Counted from the stretch's first letter, positions 1 to 11,790 are shown. The stretch is DNA of 37,277 nt from Macrostomum lignano (GCA_002269645.1 NIVC01003147.1:1-37277), one strand, 5' to 3'. Notes: generated by a model from the letters alone, not told the origin. Translations and numbers: made by a program.

Positions 1-2317
1 CCGACTGTCTCTCCGTTCGAGACCAACAAGGAAGCACTCCCATCCATCTCGCTGCTGAGTTTCAGGGCGCCGATTCCATGCAGTTCTTCAAATCAGTCCT
101 CGGATCCGACTGCTTCCATCAGCCTGGCAATTGCCAACGCACTGCCATTCACCAAGCCGCTATGAATAAGAAGACTAACTCCTGTCTCAAGTGGCTGGTC
201 AACGAGTGCGGAACCGACTGTCTCTCCGTTCGAGACCAACAAGGAAACACTCCCGTCCATCTCGCTGCTTGGAAGCAGGGCGCCGATTCCATGCAGTTCT
301 TCAAATCAGTCCTCGGATCCGACTGCTTCCATCAGCCTGGCTACTTACAAGAAACTGCCATTCACTTGGCCGCTATGAATGAGACTAACTCCTGTCTCAA
401 GTGGCTGGTGAACGAGTGCGGAACCGACTGTCTCTCCGTTCGAGACCAACAAGGAGACACTCCCGTCCATCTCGCTGCTTGGAAGCAGGGCGCCGATTCC
501 ATGCAGTTCTTCAAATCAGTCCTCGGATCCGACTGCTTCCATCAGCCTGGCCGATTCCAACGCACTGCCATTCACTGTGCCGCTGAGAATGAAGCTACTA
601 ACTCCTGTCTCAAGTGGCTGGTGAACGAGTGCGGAACCGACTGTCTCTCCGTTCGAGACCAACAAGGAAACACTCCCGTCCATCTCGCTGCTTTCTGTCA
701 GGGCGCCGATTCCATGCAGTTCTTCAAATCAGTCCTCGGATCCGACTGCTTTCATCAGCCAGGCTGCGTACAACGCACTGCCATTCACTGGGCCGCTAGG
801 AATGAAGCTACTAACTCCTGTCTCAAGTGGCTGGTGAACGAGTGCGGAACCGACTGTCTCTCCGTTCGAGACCAACAAGGAAACACTCCCGTCCATCTCG
901 CTGCTTTGTTTCAGGGCGCCGATTCCATGCAGTTCTTCAAATCAGTCCTCGGATCCGACTGCTTCCATCAGCCTGGCCGATTCCAACGCACTGCCATTCA
1001 CTGTGCCGCTGAGAATGAAGCTACTAACTCCTGTCTCAAGTGGCTGGTGAACGAGTGCGGAACCGACTGTCTCTCCGTTCGAGACCAAGAAGGAGACACT
1101 CCCGTCCATCTCGCTGCTTTCTGTCAGGGCGCCGATTCCATGCAGTTCTTCAAATCAGTCCTCGGATCCGACTGCTTTCATCAGCCTGGCCGATTCCAAC
1201 GCACTGCCATTCACCAGGCCGCTATGAATGAGACTAACTCCTGTCTCAAGTGGCTGGTGAACGAGTGCGGAACCGACTGTCTCTCCGTTCGAGACCAACG
1301 AGGAAAGACTCCAGTCCATCTCGCTGCTTGGAAGCAGGGCGCCGATTCCATGCAGTTCTTCAAATCAGTGCTCGGATCCGACTGCTTCCATCAGCCTGGC
1401 TACTTACAAGAAACTGCCATTCACTTGGCCGCTATGAATGAGACTAACTCCTGTCTCAAGTGGCTGGTGAACGAGTGCGGAACCGACTGTCTCTCCGTTC
1501 GAGACCAACAAGGAAACACTCCCGTCCATCTCGCTGCTTTCTGTCAGGGCGCCGATTCCATGCAGTTCTTCAAATCAGTCCTCGGATCCGACTGCTTTCA
1601 TCAGCCAGGCTGCGTACAACGCACTGCCATTCACTGGGCCGCTAGGAATGAAGCTACTAACTCCTGTCTCAAGTGGCTGGTGAACGAGTGCGGAACCGAC
1701 TGTCTCTCCGTTCGAGACCAACGAGGAAACACTCCCGTCCATCTCGCTGCTTGGAAGCAGGGCGCCGATTCCATGCAGTTCTTCAAATCAGTCCTCGGAT
1801 CCGACTGCTTCCATCAGCCTGGCCGATTCCAACGCACTGCCATTCACTGTGCCGCTGAGAATGAAGCTACTAACTCCTGTCTCAAGTGGCTGGTGAACGA
1901 GTGCGGAACCGACTGTCTCTCCGTTCGAGACCAACAAGGAAACACTCCCGTCCATCTCGCTGCTTGGAAGCAGGGCGCCGATTCCATGCAGTTCTTCAAA
2001 TCAGTCCTCGGATCCGACTGCTTCCATCAGCCTGGCTACTTACAAGAAACTGCCATTCACTTGGCCGCTATGAATGAGACTAACTCCTGTCTCAAGTGGC
2101 TGGTGAACGAGTGCGGAACCGACTGTCTCTCCGTTCGAGACCAACAAGGAGACACTCCCGTCCATCTCGCTGCTTGGAAGCAGGGCGCCGATTCCATGCA
2201 GTTCTTCAAATCAGTCCTCGGATCCGACTGCTTCCATCAGCCTGGCCGACTCCAACGCACTGCCATTCACTGGGCCGCTAGGAATGAAGCTACTAACTCC
2301 TGTCTCAAGTGGCTGGT
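1..2317 (+). repeat. Coding tandem array of 210/213-nt units (70/71 aa, two ankyrin repeats each), about 11 units
   Basis: Alternating TPVHLAA and TAIHxAA ankyrin motifs on a near-invariant nucleotide scaffold. Confidence 0.95.
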
Positions 2318-3909
2318 TCAGCAACTCGGCCGGTCATGTCTTTTGAAACGAGGTTTTAACGGGATTACAGCGGCTCATCTGGCTGCTCAATATCAAGATG
2401 TCGAAACGCTCAGCTTCATCGTTGACTTACTGGGTGTCTCTGTCCTTGACCTACGGGATGCCTCGCACTTTCTTCCATGGAAGCGAAAGTCTGTTGCTGA
2501 CTACGCGAAGCTGAACTCTCGGCACGGGTCTCAGTTGACGCGGTGGATCGCTGAGCGGCGGCACCAGCAGAGGTCCCAGTCTGAGAAGACGCCGACAGTA
2601 CCGTAAGTTTTGTATGAAAAAAGCGGATATATTGGCACGTCTCTTATAGTGACATTAAAAATTGAATGCTGGATTTACGAGCTAATTAATAGCATTACAT
2701 TTTGAAAAAAAACTTTTTTGAACGAAGTCAAATCTTTTTTGTGGGCTGCATGCAATGCTCATAGAATATGATTTGCTTTGATTGGTTCTTAATTTTTATT
2801 TTCTTCAGAGATATAACAATGATCAGTTTAGGTTTAGTAAGGAAGAGATTATATATAATACAGTGTGCCCACAGCATTCCACGGCATCCCATAGCATTCT
2901 CGGGCAAAACTTCCCACAGAATCAGGCAAAGGTCTCCGGAGATTCTTGTTCTGCACTCATTGCTTCACACCCCGATCACCCTGCTGCATTCCAGACTCCA
3001 TGAGGATTTCTACCAGGTGACGAACCCGCAGGGATTCTGCCTCATCATCAACATCAACACGTACTCAACTGGCAGCGGCGAAGAGGAGCGCAAAGGCTCG
3101 GAGCGGGATGTGGACCGAGTGAGGAAGCTTTTCAGGAAGCTGAGTTTCACCATCAAGGAGGTGCAAAATCCCACAACTGCAGAGATCGATGACTTCCTCA
3201 ATGAGACAAAGAAGTCCAAGGAGCTCGCCAAGCACGGCAGTTTTGTCTGCTTCCTGATGGCCCACGGCCGCAAGGACCCACAGGGAAGGGACTGCATTAT
3301 CGATGGCCATGGAGTGCAGAGTCCGGTTCTGGAGCTCGCAGCCAAGTTCAAGGTGGGTCTGGTCTGGCTCATCTGTGCATATGATGCAAAGCATTGCAGC
3401 TCTACAAATTTCTACACATTTCCCAACCCTCCTCCAGGCCTCCGTCTGCCCCGACCTGGCGGGCAAGCCGAAGATCTTCTTTGTCCAGGCCTGCCGCGGC
3501 AGTGGCACAGACGAAGTGACGCACAGGGGACTGGCAGTCGACCAGCTGCCCCCAGAGTTCGCGCAGAACCCGGCCCTGTACCCGCCAGAGAGTGACTTCC
3601 TGTTCTGCTTCCCACCACAGAGGGTCAGGTGTCCTACCGCGACCCTCAGACTGGCAGCGTCTTCGTGCAGACCCTGTGCGACTACATCGAGCAATTTTAC
3701 ACAGAGAAGCACCTGGAGGACATCATGATTCTCGTGAAGCGGCACATGGCGGAGAAGCCGTGCGAGTTCAGAAACGAGAGAGGCGAACTTATAAAGTACT
3801 ATTGCGTTGCTCAGACCGTGTCACAGCTCGCTCGGCAGGTCTCCTTTGATCGAGCAAAGCTCAGAAGCGCTCACGGAGTCTGCAGCTGTTCAGCTTGGGT
3901 TCTCGTTGA
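3..3909 (+). CDS. Ankyrin-repeat caspase, paralog 1 (5'-truncated by window edge); join(<3..2602,2809..3352,3438..3909) with two 1-nt deletions versus paralog 2 in the last exon
   Basis: Frame is open from base 3 through >=23 ankyrin repeats. Donor CC|GTAAGT at 2603 and acceptor TTTCTTCAG| at 2808 join in frame to the caspase exon. Caspase motifs present: CLIINI, ERKGSERD, FLMAHG, KPKIFFVQACRG, DFL, VSYR. Missing T after 3613 and missing C near 3851 relative to paralog 2. Confidence 0.8.
2603..2808 (+). other. Intron 1 of paralog 1 (206 nt, phase 2) linking ankyrin exon to caspase exon
   Basis: GTAAGT donor, AT-rich body, TTTTATTTTCTTCAG acceptor. CC+A gives Pro, then DITMIS in the caspase frame. 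Confidence 0.85.
3353..3437 (+). other. Intron 2 of paralog 1 (85 nt, phase 0) within caspase p20
   Basis: AAG|GTGGGT ... CCTCCAG|GCC. Removal restores AAKFKASVCPDLAGKPKIFFVQACRG. Confidence 0.9.
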
Positions 3910-3994
3910 AAACATGTTGCAGAATCAGAGTGAAGTCTGTCATGTTATATTTGATGCTTATTAGCCACTTGTTAAGTTCTTGTCGTTTGATGTT

Positions 3995-5145
3995 GACTAC
4001 TTGATGCTTACTTGACTCTGCCTACTCTCTCATAACTGTGACCCCCAGTGACTACTTGATGCTTACTTGACTCTGCCTACTCTCTCATAACTGTGACCCC
4101 AGTGACTACTTGATGCTTACTTGACTCTGCCTACTCTCTCATAACTGTGACCCCAGTGACTACTTGATGCTTACTTGACTCTGCCTGCTCTCTCATAACT
4201 GTGACCCCCAGTGACTACTTGATGCTTACTTGACTCTGCCTACTCTCTCATAACTGTGACCCCAGTGACTACTTGATGCTTACTTGACTCTGCCTACTCT
4301 CTCATAACTGTGACCCCAGTGACTACTTGATGCTTACTTGACTCTGCCTACTCTCTCATAACTGTGACCCCAGTGACTACTTGATGCTTACTTGACTCTG
4401 CCTACTCTCTCATAACTGTGACCCCCAGTGACTACTTGATGCTTACTTGACTCTGCCTACTCTCTCATAACTGTGACCCCAGTGACTACTTGATGCTTAC
4501 TTGACTCTGCCTACTCTCTCATAACTGTGACCCCCAGTGACTACTTGATGCTTACTTGACTCTGCCTGCTCTCTTATAACTGTGACCCCAGAGACTACTT
4601 GATGCTTACTTGACTCTGCCTACTCTCTCATAACTGTGACCCCAGTGACTACTTGATGCTTACTTGACTCTGCCTACTCTCTCATAACTGTGACCCCCAG
4701 TGACTACTTGATGCTTACTTGACTCTGCCTACTCTCTCATAACTGTGACCCCCAGTGACTACTTGATGCTTACTTGACTCTGCCTGCTCTCTCATAACTG
4801 TGACCCCCAGTGACTACTTGATGCTTACTTGACTCTGCCTGCTCTCTTATAACTGTGACCCCAGAGACTACTTGATGCTTACTTGACTCTGCCTGCTCTC
4901 TTATAACTGTGACCCCAGTGACTACTTGATGCTTACTTGACTCTGCCTGCTCTCTTATAACTGTGACCCCAGAGACTACTTGATGCTTACTTGGCTCTGC
5001 CTGCTCTCTCATAACTGTGACCCCAGAGACTACTTGATGCTTACTTGACTCTGCCTGCTCTCTTATAACTGTGACCTCAGTGACTACTTGATGCTTACTT
5101 GACTCTGCCTACTCTCTCATAACTGTGAACCCAGAGACTACTTGA
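3995..5145. repeat. 54-55 bp minisatellite, about 21 copies
   Basis: Unit gactacttgatgcttacttgactctgcctactctctcataactgtgacccc(c)agt repeated head to tail with no spacers. Confidence 0.95.
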
Positions 5146-5639
5146 TTTTTTTCATCTACCTTTAGTTTTTCAGCTGATGGTACATATTATGTAGTGTTGC
5201 TACCGCATCTATTCAAGTTTTCATCTGCTCACTGTGCCTAAGTTACATTTTCAATTCCAATTGCAAGTCTCATTCTCAGCGCAAGACCAACTCCAAATAC
5301 ACAAATTAGAGCAGACTTTGCCGTCGCTACCAACAAAACTGAGAGCTGTTTTCTTAGAAACATGGATGCTGCCAGCTTCACTCAGAGACCGCCGAAATGA
5401 AAACGGGTTCGAGTCTAGGGAGGGAGGCGCAGAGAGACAATTGCGGCTTGAGAGCACAGGGTGCGGCTGTGCTCAGAGATTCGGTGCGGGGTGAAAGGCT
5501 GAGTATCTTCTCTCGCTGGCTGCAGCAGAGGCAACAATGATAAAAAGGCATCTAAACAGGCCAGGGCTGAGTCGCAGTGGCTGCCTATGCGACTCGATTG
5601 CAGCTCAACTCAAGCATGGAAGCCGTGCGAGACGCTTTT

Positions 5640-5698
5640 GTCTCTTTTTCTCTCTCTCTGTCTCTCTCCTTCTCTCCTCTCTCTCTCTGTCTCTCTCC

Positions 5699-5738
<40 letters not shown>

Positions 5739-6135
5739 CTCTCCTCTCTCTCTGTCTCTCTCCTTCTCTCCTCTCTCTGTCTGTCTCTCTCCTTCTCTCC
5801 TCTCTCTTTCTGTCTCGCTCCTTCTCTCCTCTCTCTCTCTGTCTCTCTCCTTCTCTCCTCTCTCTTTCTGTCTCGCTCCTTCTCTCCTCTCTCTCTCTGT
5901 CTCTCTTCTTCTCTCCTCTCTCTTTCTGTCTCTCTCCTTCTCTCCTCTCTCTCTCTGTCTCTCTCCTTCTCTCCTCTCTCTTTCTGTCTCGCTCCTTCTC
6001 TCCTCTCTCTCTGTCCCTCTCCTTCTCTCCTCTCTCTCCCTGTATCTCTCCTTCTCTCCCCTCTCTTTCTGTCTCGCTCCTTCTCTCCTCTCTCTCCCTG
6101 TCTCTCTCCTTCTCTCCTCTCTCTTTCTGTCTTCT
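5640..6135. repeat. CT-rich compound microsatellite
   Basis: ctctctccttctctcctctctct-type units, almost pure pyrimidine. Confidence 0.9.
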
Positions 6136-6221
6136 AACTTGACATTTGACAGGGTTTTTTCTGCAGTGGAGAAAAGAAGAATTAGCAATGCTCCTTGCCC
6201 TCATTGCTTTAGAATTAGCAA

Positions 6222-6740
6222 TGAAAGTCAGAGGGATTGGCATTGAGAGTCAGAGGGATTAACATTTAGAGTCAGAGGGATCGGGAATGAGAGTCAGAGG
6301 ATTGGCATTGAGAGTCAGAGAGATCGGGAATGAGAGTCAGAGGGATTGGCATTGAGAGTCAGAGAGATCGGGAATGAGAGTCAGAGGGATTGGCATTGAG
6401 AGTCAGAGAGATCGGGAATGAGAGTCAGAGGGATTGGCATTGAGAGTCAGAGAGATCGGGAATGAGAGTCAGAGGGATTGGCATTGAGAGTCAGAGAGAT
6501 CGGGAATGAGAGTCAGAGGGATTGGCATTGAGAGTCAGAGAGATCGGGAATGAGAGTCAGAGGATTGGCATTGAGAGTCAGAGAGGATTGGCATTGAGAG
6601 TCAGAGAGGATTGGCATTGAGAGTCAGAGAGGATTGGCATTGAGAGTTAGAGAGGATTGGCATTGAGAGTTAGAGAGATCGGGAATGAGAGTCAGAGAGG
6701 ATTGGCATTGAGAGTTAGAGAGATCGGGAATGAGAGTCAG
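6222..6740. repeat. 22-bp minisatellite with alternating A/B variants (44-bp higher order in its centre)
   Basis: gagagtcagagggattggcatt alternating with gagagtcagagagatcgggaat. Confidence 0.9.
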
Positions 6741-7442
6741 GTGAACTGATGCACTGGAAGTCACTATACGAGTATACTGTCCTAAAACTTGCTCAAGCCC
6801 TTTGAAGCAGAGCTGAGAAAGAGCGGTGAAACTGGAGGCGAGTAAAGTTGAGACGCAGATGCAGAGAAGACACCCTGCAAAAGCATTTGAGTTGAAACGA
6901 ATCCAAAATAATGATATTTTTGTTGTCAAGCGAGGGCTTTGACCCCGCCACCCCTCATTGCAGTTTATTCAAGTGGCCAGGACTGCCGCAGTAAAATGCT
7001 CTGGAAGGGGGGCGCGTCGGTTGCTAAAAACAGAGGGCTTGGGGTCTGTTTTCTTAGAAACGAAGCTGCATCTCTGTCATACAACCCGAAGCCACCCCCT
7101 ACCGTCCGAAGCTTTTTCTGCTGCTCAGCTGCCTCTGTGCTCAAAGCCTGCAGGGGCGGTGAGGTTGGTTGACTGTTCTCAACTCAGTGAAAAGAAAATG
7201 AGCATTCGAGTGTCTGTGAAGCTGAGCCCCAGCCCAGACCGAGAACGGCAATGACGCGTGACGCACTCCTAACTCCGATGCTGAGATTTAGAAGATTTTT
7301 TCAGGAAATTTAAAGTAACTTTTCCGCTTATGGCTACTGAAAGTAACTTTAAAGCATTTCACATGCTCCTGAAATGCAAGCAGCAGGCAGATGTGTAAGA
7401 AATCTGACACTGTGAGTGTACTTCAGAAGTCTGTGAATCTGC

Positions 7443-7830
7443 GTGATACTGTGTGATACTTTGTGATACTGTGTGAGACTGTGTGAGACTGTGTGATACT
7501 GTGTGATACTGTGTGATACTGTGTGAGACTGTGTGAGACTGTGTGATACTGTGTGATACTGTGTGATACTGTGTGAGACTTTGTGATACTTTGTGAGACT
7601 GTGTGATACTGTGTGATACTGTGTGAGACTGTGTGATACTGTGTGATACTGTGTGATACTTTGTGATACTGTGTGAGACTGTGTGAGACTGTGTGATACT
7701 GTGTGATACTGTGTGATACTGTGTGAGACTTTGTGATACTTTGTGAGACTGTGTGATACTGTGAGATACTGTGTAAGACTGTGTATGACTCTGTGATACT
7801 GTGTGATACTGTGCGAGACTCTGTGACAAA
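7443..7830. repeat. 10-bp tandem repeat
   Basis: ctgtgtgata / ctgtgtgaga units. Confidence 0.9.
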
Positions 7831-8289
7831 TGTGTGATGACTGTCTGTGAGACTGCGATACCGTGTGAGTGTTTGTAAAGAATGTCTGTGTGAGAATGGA
7901 TAAATTGTATGAAATTACTGATTCACTCGCGCGACAATGTGAATAAGGGGAGCCTTATCAAGCAGATCCATCTAGAAAAATTGTAATTTTTTAAACAGAA
8001 ATCGTCTGGAAACTTTAGAACTAATAAAACTGGCCTATATTAATCTTACACTGCTTGCAAGAAACCTAAAACGACATTAGAAGGTGAATAGACCCCCCTG
8101 ACTCGAGAGGGGCGTGTTTCGCAACTTCAAATATTACAAGCTCATAAATTCATCAGCTGCAATATCGAAAAAGTCACGAGTTTCATGTCTCTTGAGGCTG
8201 GCCTCGCTACACCTCGCAGCAACTTCGCGAAAAAGCAACACTTTTAGTCGGCATGCAACTTCACGCGCAAGTCATCAGCAACATCCTCA

Positions 8290-9273
8290 AGCCATCACCC
8301 CCCCCCCACTGTCCACAACCTGCTGTGGGAAAGCTCGGTATGCTTCATCTGAACAATGAAGTCCTCGGACATTTTTGTCGCAGGGACGATGAAAAAATTT
8401 CGTGTGACAATAAACGCTGGCCTTGGACTACACGTGCGCTCAGATGCCCTAATCCAAGGGATTAAAGGTCCGAAGTTGACGGCGGCCACATGCTGGGAGG
8501 CCAGTAGTCGGTCATCGCCCCGTCGAGGAAACGCCTCGTCGTTATGGAGCTCCATCCTGCTGTCACACATAGTTGCCATCCAGGAGCCTGCAGCAGCTGC
8601 TGGTACACTGCAACCCCTTCCGGCTGAACGGCACAAAGATCGCCGGCGCCTTCCGACCGTCAGTGAAGACGACTCCGACGATGGCCGCCAGAAGCTTTGC
8701 GGCGGTGATGCAGGAAATCTCGGTTGTTGCAGCGGTTGCGCACAGGGTCAACAGTAGAACAGTTTCTCGTCCGCGCGAAGACGATCGTGCGACCAGCGTC
8801 TCCGGCTCTTCATCCATATCAGCAGCAGATCGCGCGATCCCTGCTTTGCCTTCTGCGTCTCAGTAGCAAATGGCGAACTATCGAGCGCAGATGCAGGTCG
8901 TTCTTCATCGGTCGCTGCGTCAGATTTATGCATGAAAACTGACAATTATCGTTTTTTCGTGTATTTGCCCCTAATTGGGCCGTTTTATCGTTGTGCGTGT
9001 GTGCGCAGAACGTTTTCGCAAATAGGGCTTCTAAACATAGCCTCGCCCTCGCCTCAAGAAACCATCTTCCAACTGTTAAAACTTTGCTGCTAATTTTAGC
9101 CTCTGCTGCTCTTATATGTGTCAGTCCTTCAGTTCCGTGTTGGATTATTTGTACTACTACGCTCGTAGCAATTAGACACGCTGCATGGACATTGTTGCCG
9201 GCCAATTCGTGCTCTGTGGCGAGCTTTCTGATGGACGGTCGAGAGTTGCGTCGGATGTTGCCTTCCACAGCAG
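8290..9273 (-). mobile_element. Decayed Tc1/mariner (maT-like) transposase relic
   Basis: Across frameshifts and stops, in the expected order: IRRNSRPSIRKLA (HTH), IVF-DEKLF-TVD (~8765-8790), GVVFTDGRK, NYV*QQDGAP (8545-8562), WPPSMWPPSTSDL-NPLD (~8450-8500). Cut at 9273 by an LTR end. Confidence 0.7.
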
Positions 9274-9329
9274 TGTAAGAATAAGCCGAGACGAGAAAGT
9301 GGCTTAAGGCGTAGACCGACACTTGACTG
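9274..9329 (-). repeat. Truncated 3' LTR
   Basis: 9276-9329 is identical to 11949-12002 (54 bp). Minus strand ends ...TTCTTACA. Confidence 0.75.
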
Positions 9330-10716
9330 TTTCAAAAAAGAAATAACAAAAACTGGATTTAATTAGTATACGCTTCACCAAAAAGACTGGGGCGCCGTCA
9401 AAGTTCAGGCTGTCCTCGTCAGTATTGTGCAGTTGCGCCGCTGGTTGCAGTTGAGGTGCTGCAGCTGGACTGGCTGTGTTGCATGCGCGCCCCGCAGTTC
9501 TCGGCCGAAATGCATCCCCGAAGGTGTCTGACCAATAGACTTGTGGACTGAAGTGCGGTAGCCCATCAGTGCAATCTGCAGATAAAGATCCCAGTCTCGC
9601 TGATTCTCGTTTACTCATGCTCGCAACAGCTGCACCAGCGTCCGGTTCATCCATTCACAACCGCCGTCTCCTTCAGGGTGGTAGCCTGTCGTCCGAGTCT
9701 TGTCGATTTTCAGCAGCCGCATCGTCTCTTGAAACAGCTGCGACTCCCAGTTCCGAGCCTGGTCGGTGTGCACCGACTGCGGGACTCCGAAGGGACACAC
9801 ATTGGCAGGATGCTACAGTTCACCAGCACGTTAGCACCAGTGGCTGAGCAGGACACCTCCACCACTGGGTGCACTGAGATTTTCACTTGCGGAACGGCAC
9901 CCCGGCGGTCGCCGCTCCACCGAAGTTTCCTGATTTCTGAGTGCAAAATCTTTGAACATGGCCCGGCCTACCGCACTTCCAGTATGTCACAACTCTGCGT
10001 CTGTCGCCACTCTCACAATGATCCTGGTCCTTTGTCTCCCAGCGATTGAGCTTGTTGGACAGCTCCTGCAGAGACCGTTGAATTTCGAATGCAAAGGCTT
10101 CGGGAACCTCAGCAGCTAGATCCGTAGCGGCGCCTCCTTGCGACTGTATAGATTCCACGAATCGCGCTGTTTCCACCGCATCAGCGAATTTCGCCTTTGG
10201 CTGCATCTGCATCTGCATCTGCATTTGCACAACTGGGTCCCTCAATCCGGATAGAAACCGACCTTAGAGCAGCTCGTCCTTCGCTGTCACTGACGTCTCC
10301 TGCTTTCGTCTCCACCAACTCGGGAAAGCGCGCTTTGCCGCAACAATCAGAGCATCGGAATAGTCTGCAACCAACTGACCGTCCTTTTGAGTCAGATTGA
10401 AGAACTGCGCCTGCAGCTCAGCAGATGATGTCGATGGCCGAAATCGATTTTTCAGAGCCTTCTCAAAGCCGTTCTGGGACAGGGCAGCATCTAAATTGCT
10501 GGCCGCTTGATATGATTTATCGTCGAGGAATGACAGCAGAGCATTCTTGCGCTGATCCACTGGAAGATGCAAAATTGTTGAATCGTGCCAGCCAACGCTC
10601 AAAGTCCTGTCCAGCTGGTATTGAGGCGGCCGCTAAAACATGTTGACAAAACTAGCTTGGGGCTGGGCTACTGCTACTGCAGCTCTCTGCACTTGAGCTG
10701 CCTTCATTTTCATTAA

Positions 10717-11790
10717 GGCTCATTCACACTGCAATCAAGTGAAAGACCAAGTCGCACGACTCGTTCGACTACACAGCATTTCTTAATTTTTCTGTGATCA
10801 CTTGAAATCTCAGCTAACTTCGAAAATTTTCAAATTCAGCGACAAATGTTAATAAAGCGAGTGCCAGTTGATCAACTAAAACGCTGTACATTGGTCGCTT
10901 GCCTCTTACACAGCACCCCAAGTTGCGCAACACACAAAACTCAACTCAAGCCACTCTATTTCAACAACTCTCCGTCTAGTCTGACTGTCGCTTCACAATT
11001 GATTGGTCATCACACCAGTCAGGTTATTAACTATTTTATAATTTTCCATCACATGAGCCACGGGTCGGCAACTTCGGCCCGCAGGCCACATGCGGTCTGC
11101 AAAGCCTCTCTATCCGGCCTTCGCCGTCCTTTGAAACTCCACAATAGCAATCCGGCCCTTAATGTTTGTCTCTTCTCAGCGCTCTTCTCTCCTCTCCTCT
11201 CCTCTCCTCTCTCCTTCCTCCTCTCCCTCTCTCTCCTAACCTAATTCATCTCTCGTCTCCTCTCGTCTCCTCTTTGCTCCATTCCCTCGCCTCTCCTATC
11301 TCCCTTCTTTCTTTTTTATTACCTCTCATCTTCTCCTTCCTCCGGAGTCATGCTCTAAGGTTCTCTATCTGGCCATTAAGTTAAAAAAGGTTTGCCGACC
11401 CCTGACATAAGCGAAATGAGCAAGCGTGAAAAAACAGCGCCCGTTGGTTGCCACTGAAACCCCTGGTAAAGAAGGTGCAAGAAAATCCTGTTCTATACGA
11501 CCTTCGGCACCCTGACAATCGAAATAACAGGAAAAAGGACGATCCTGTGGTTGAAAACTGCGTAGGAAACGACTCAATATTTTAATTCGTTTCTTTCTTC
11601 GTTTCCGCACATTTAGCGTGACGAAACTGCCGAATTAAGCAGTTTCCTCTAGCACTGCGGAGACCACAGAATTTCTGTCTGCTTTAGTCCGTTTCCAGCA
11701 AAAAAATGCTGCCGAAGAAACGTCCCAATTATCCACAGGGCAGTCATTCTCCTCAGTATCAGTCGGTTGATTGCAGTGTGACCGCTTGCG
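10717..11790. mobile_element. Possible old non-autonomous TIR element
   Basis: 15-bp inverted repeat tcacactgcaatcaa (10724-10738) / ttgattgcagtgtga (11767-11781). Left end follows TTAA. No matching TSD on the right. Confidence 0.35.
11059..11404. mobile_element. hAT (Charlie-like) MITE, 346 bp, with internal CT-rich tract
   Basis: TIRs cacgggtcggcaac / gtttgccgacccctg. 8-bp TSD acatgagc (11051-58) / acataagc (11405-12). Typical ggcccgcaggccacatgcgg subterminal motif. Confidence 0.85.

Noticed and set aside
191-2281. Series of 61-63 aa ORFs (MAGERVRNRLSLRSRP...), also at 12847-13671
   Set aside because: Alternative-frame shadows of the ankyrin repeat unit; the periodicity is fully explained by the coding array.
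2604-2606. TAA as true end of a stand-alone ankyrin protein (also 13991-13993)
   Set aside because: It overlaps a consensus GTAAGT donor that splices in frame to the caspase. An unspliced short isoform cannot be excluded.
2768-2808. MICFDWFLIFIFF as caspase start or signal peptide (also 14158)
   Set aside because: It is the translated polypyrimidine tract of intron 1.
2932-2994. Possible extra 63-nt in-frame intron in the linker
   Set aside because: Good acceptor but weak donor (GTCTCC); frame is unaffected either way, so it cannot be decided without RNA data.
5537-6246. Long Ser/Leu and Arg/Glu ORFs; similar ORFs at 4770-5012 and 7359-7829
   Set aside because: Translations of simple repeats that happen to lack stops.
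5345-7060. Shared 16-mer ctgttttcttagaaac near 5345 and 7045
   Set aside because: Too short, with no flanking similarity or TSD to define an element.
8049-9275. TA-flanked CACTGCT terminal inverted repeats for the mariner relic
   Set aside because: The right-hand TG/TA bases belong to the LTR end (TGTAAG) and the sequence there still encodes transposase, so the match is coincidental.
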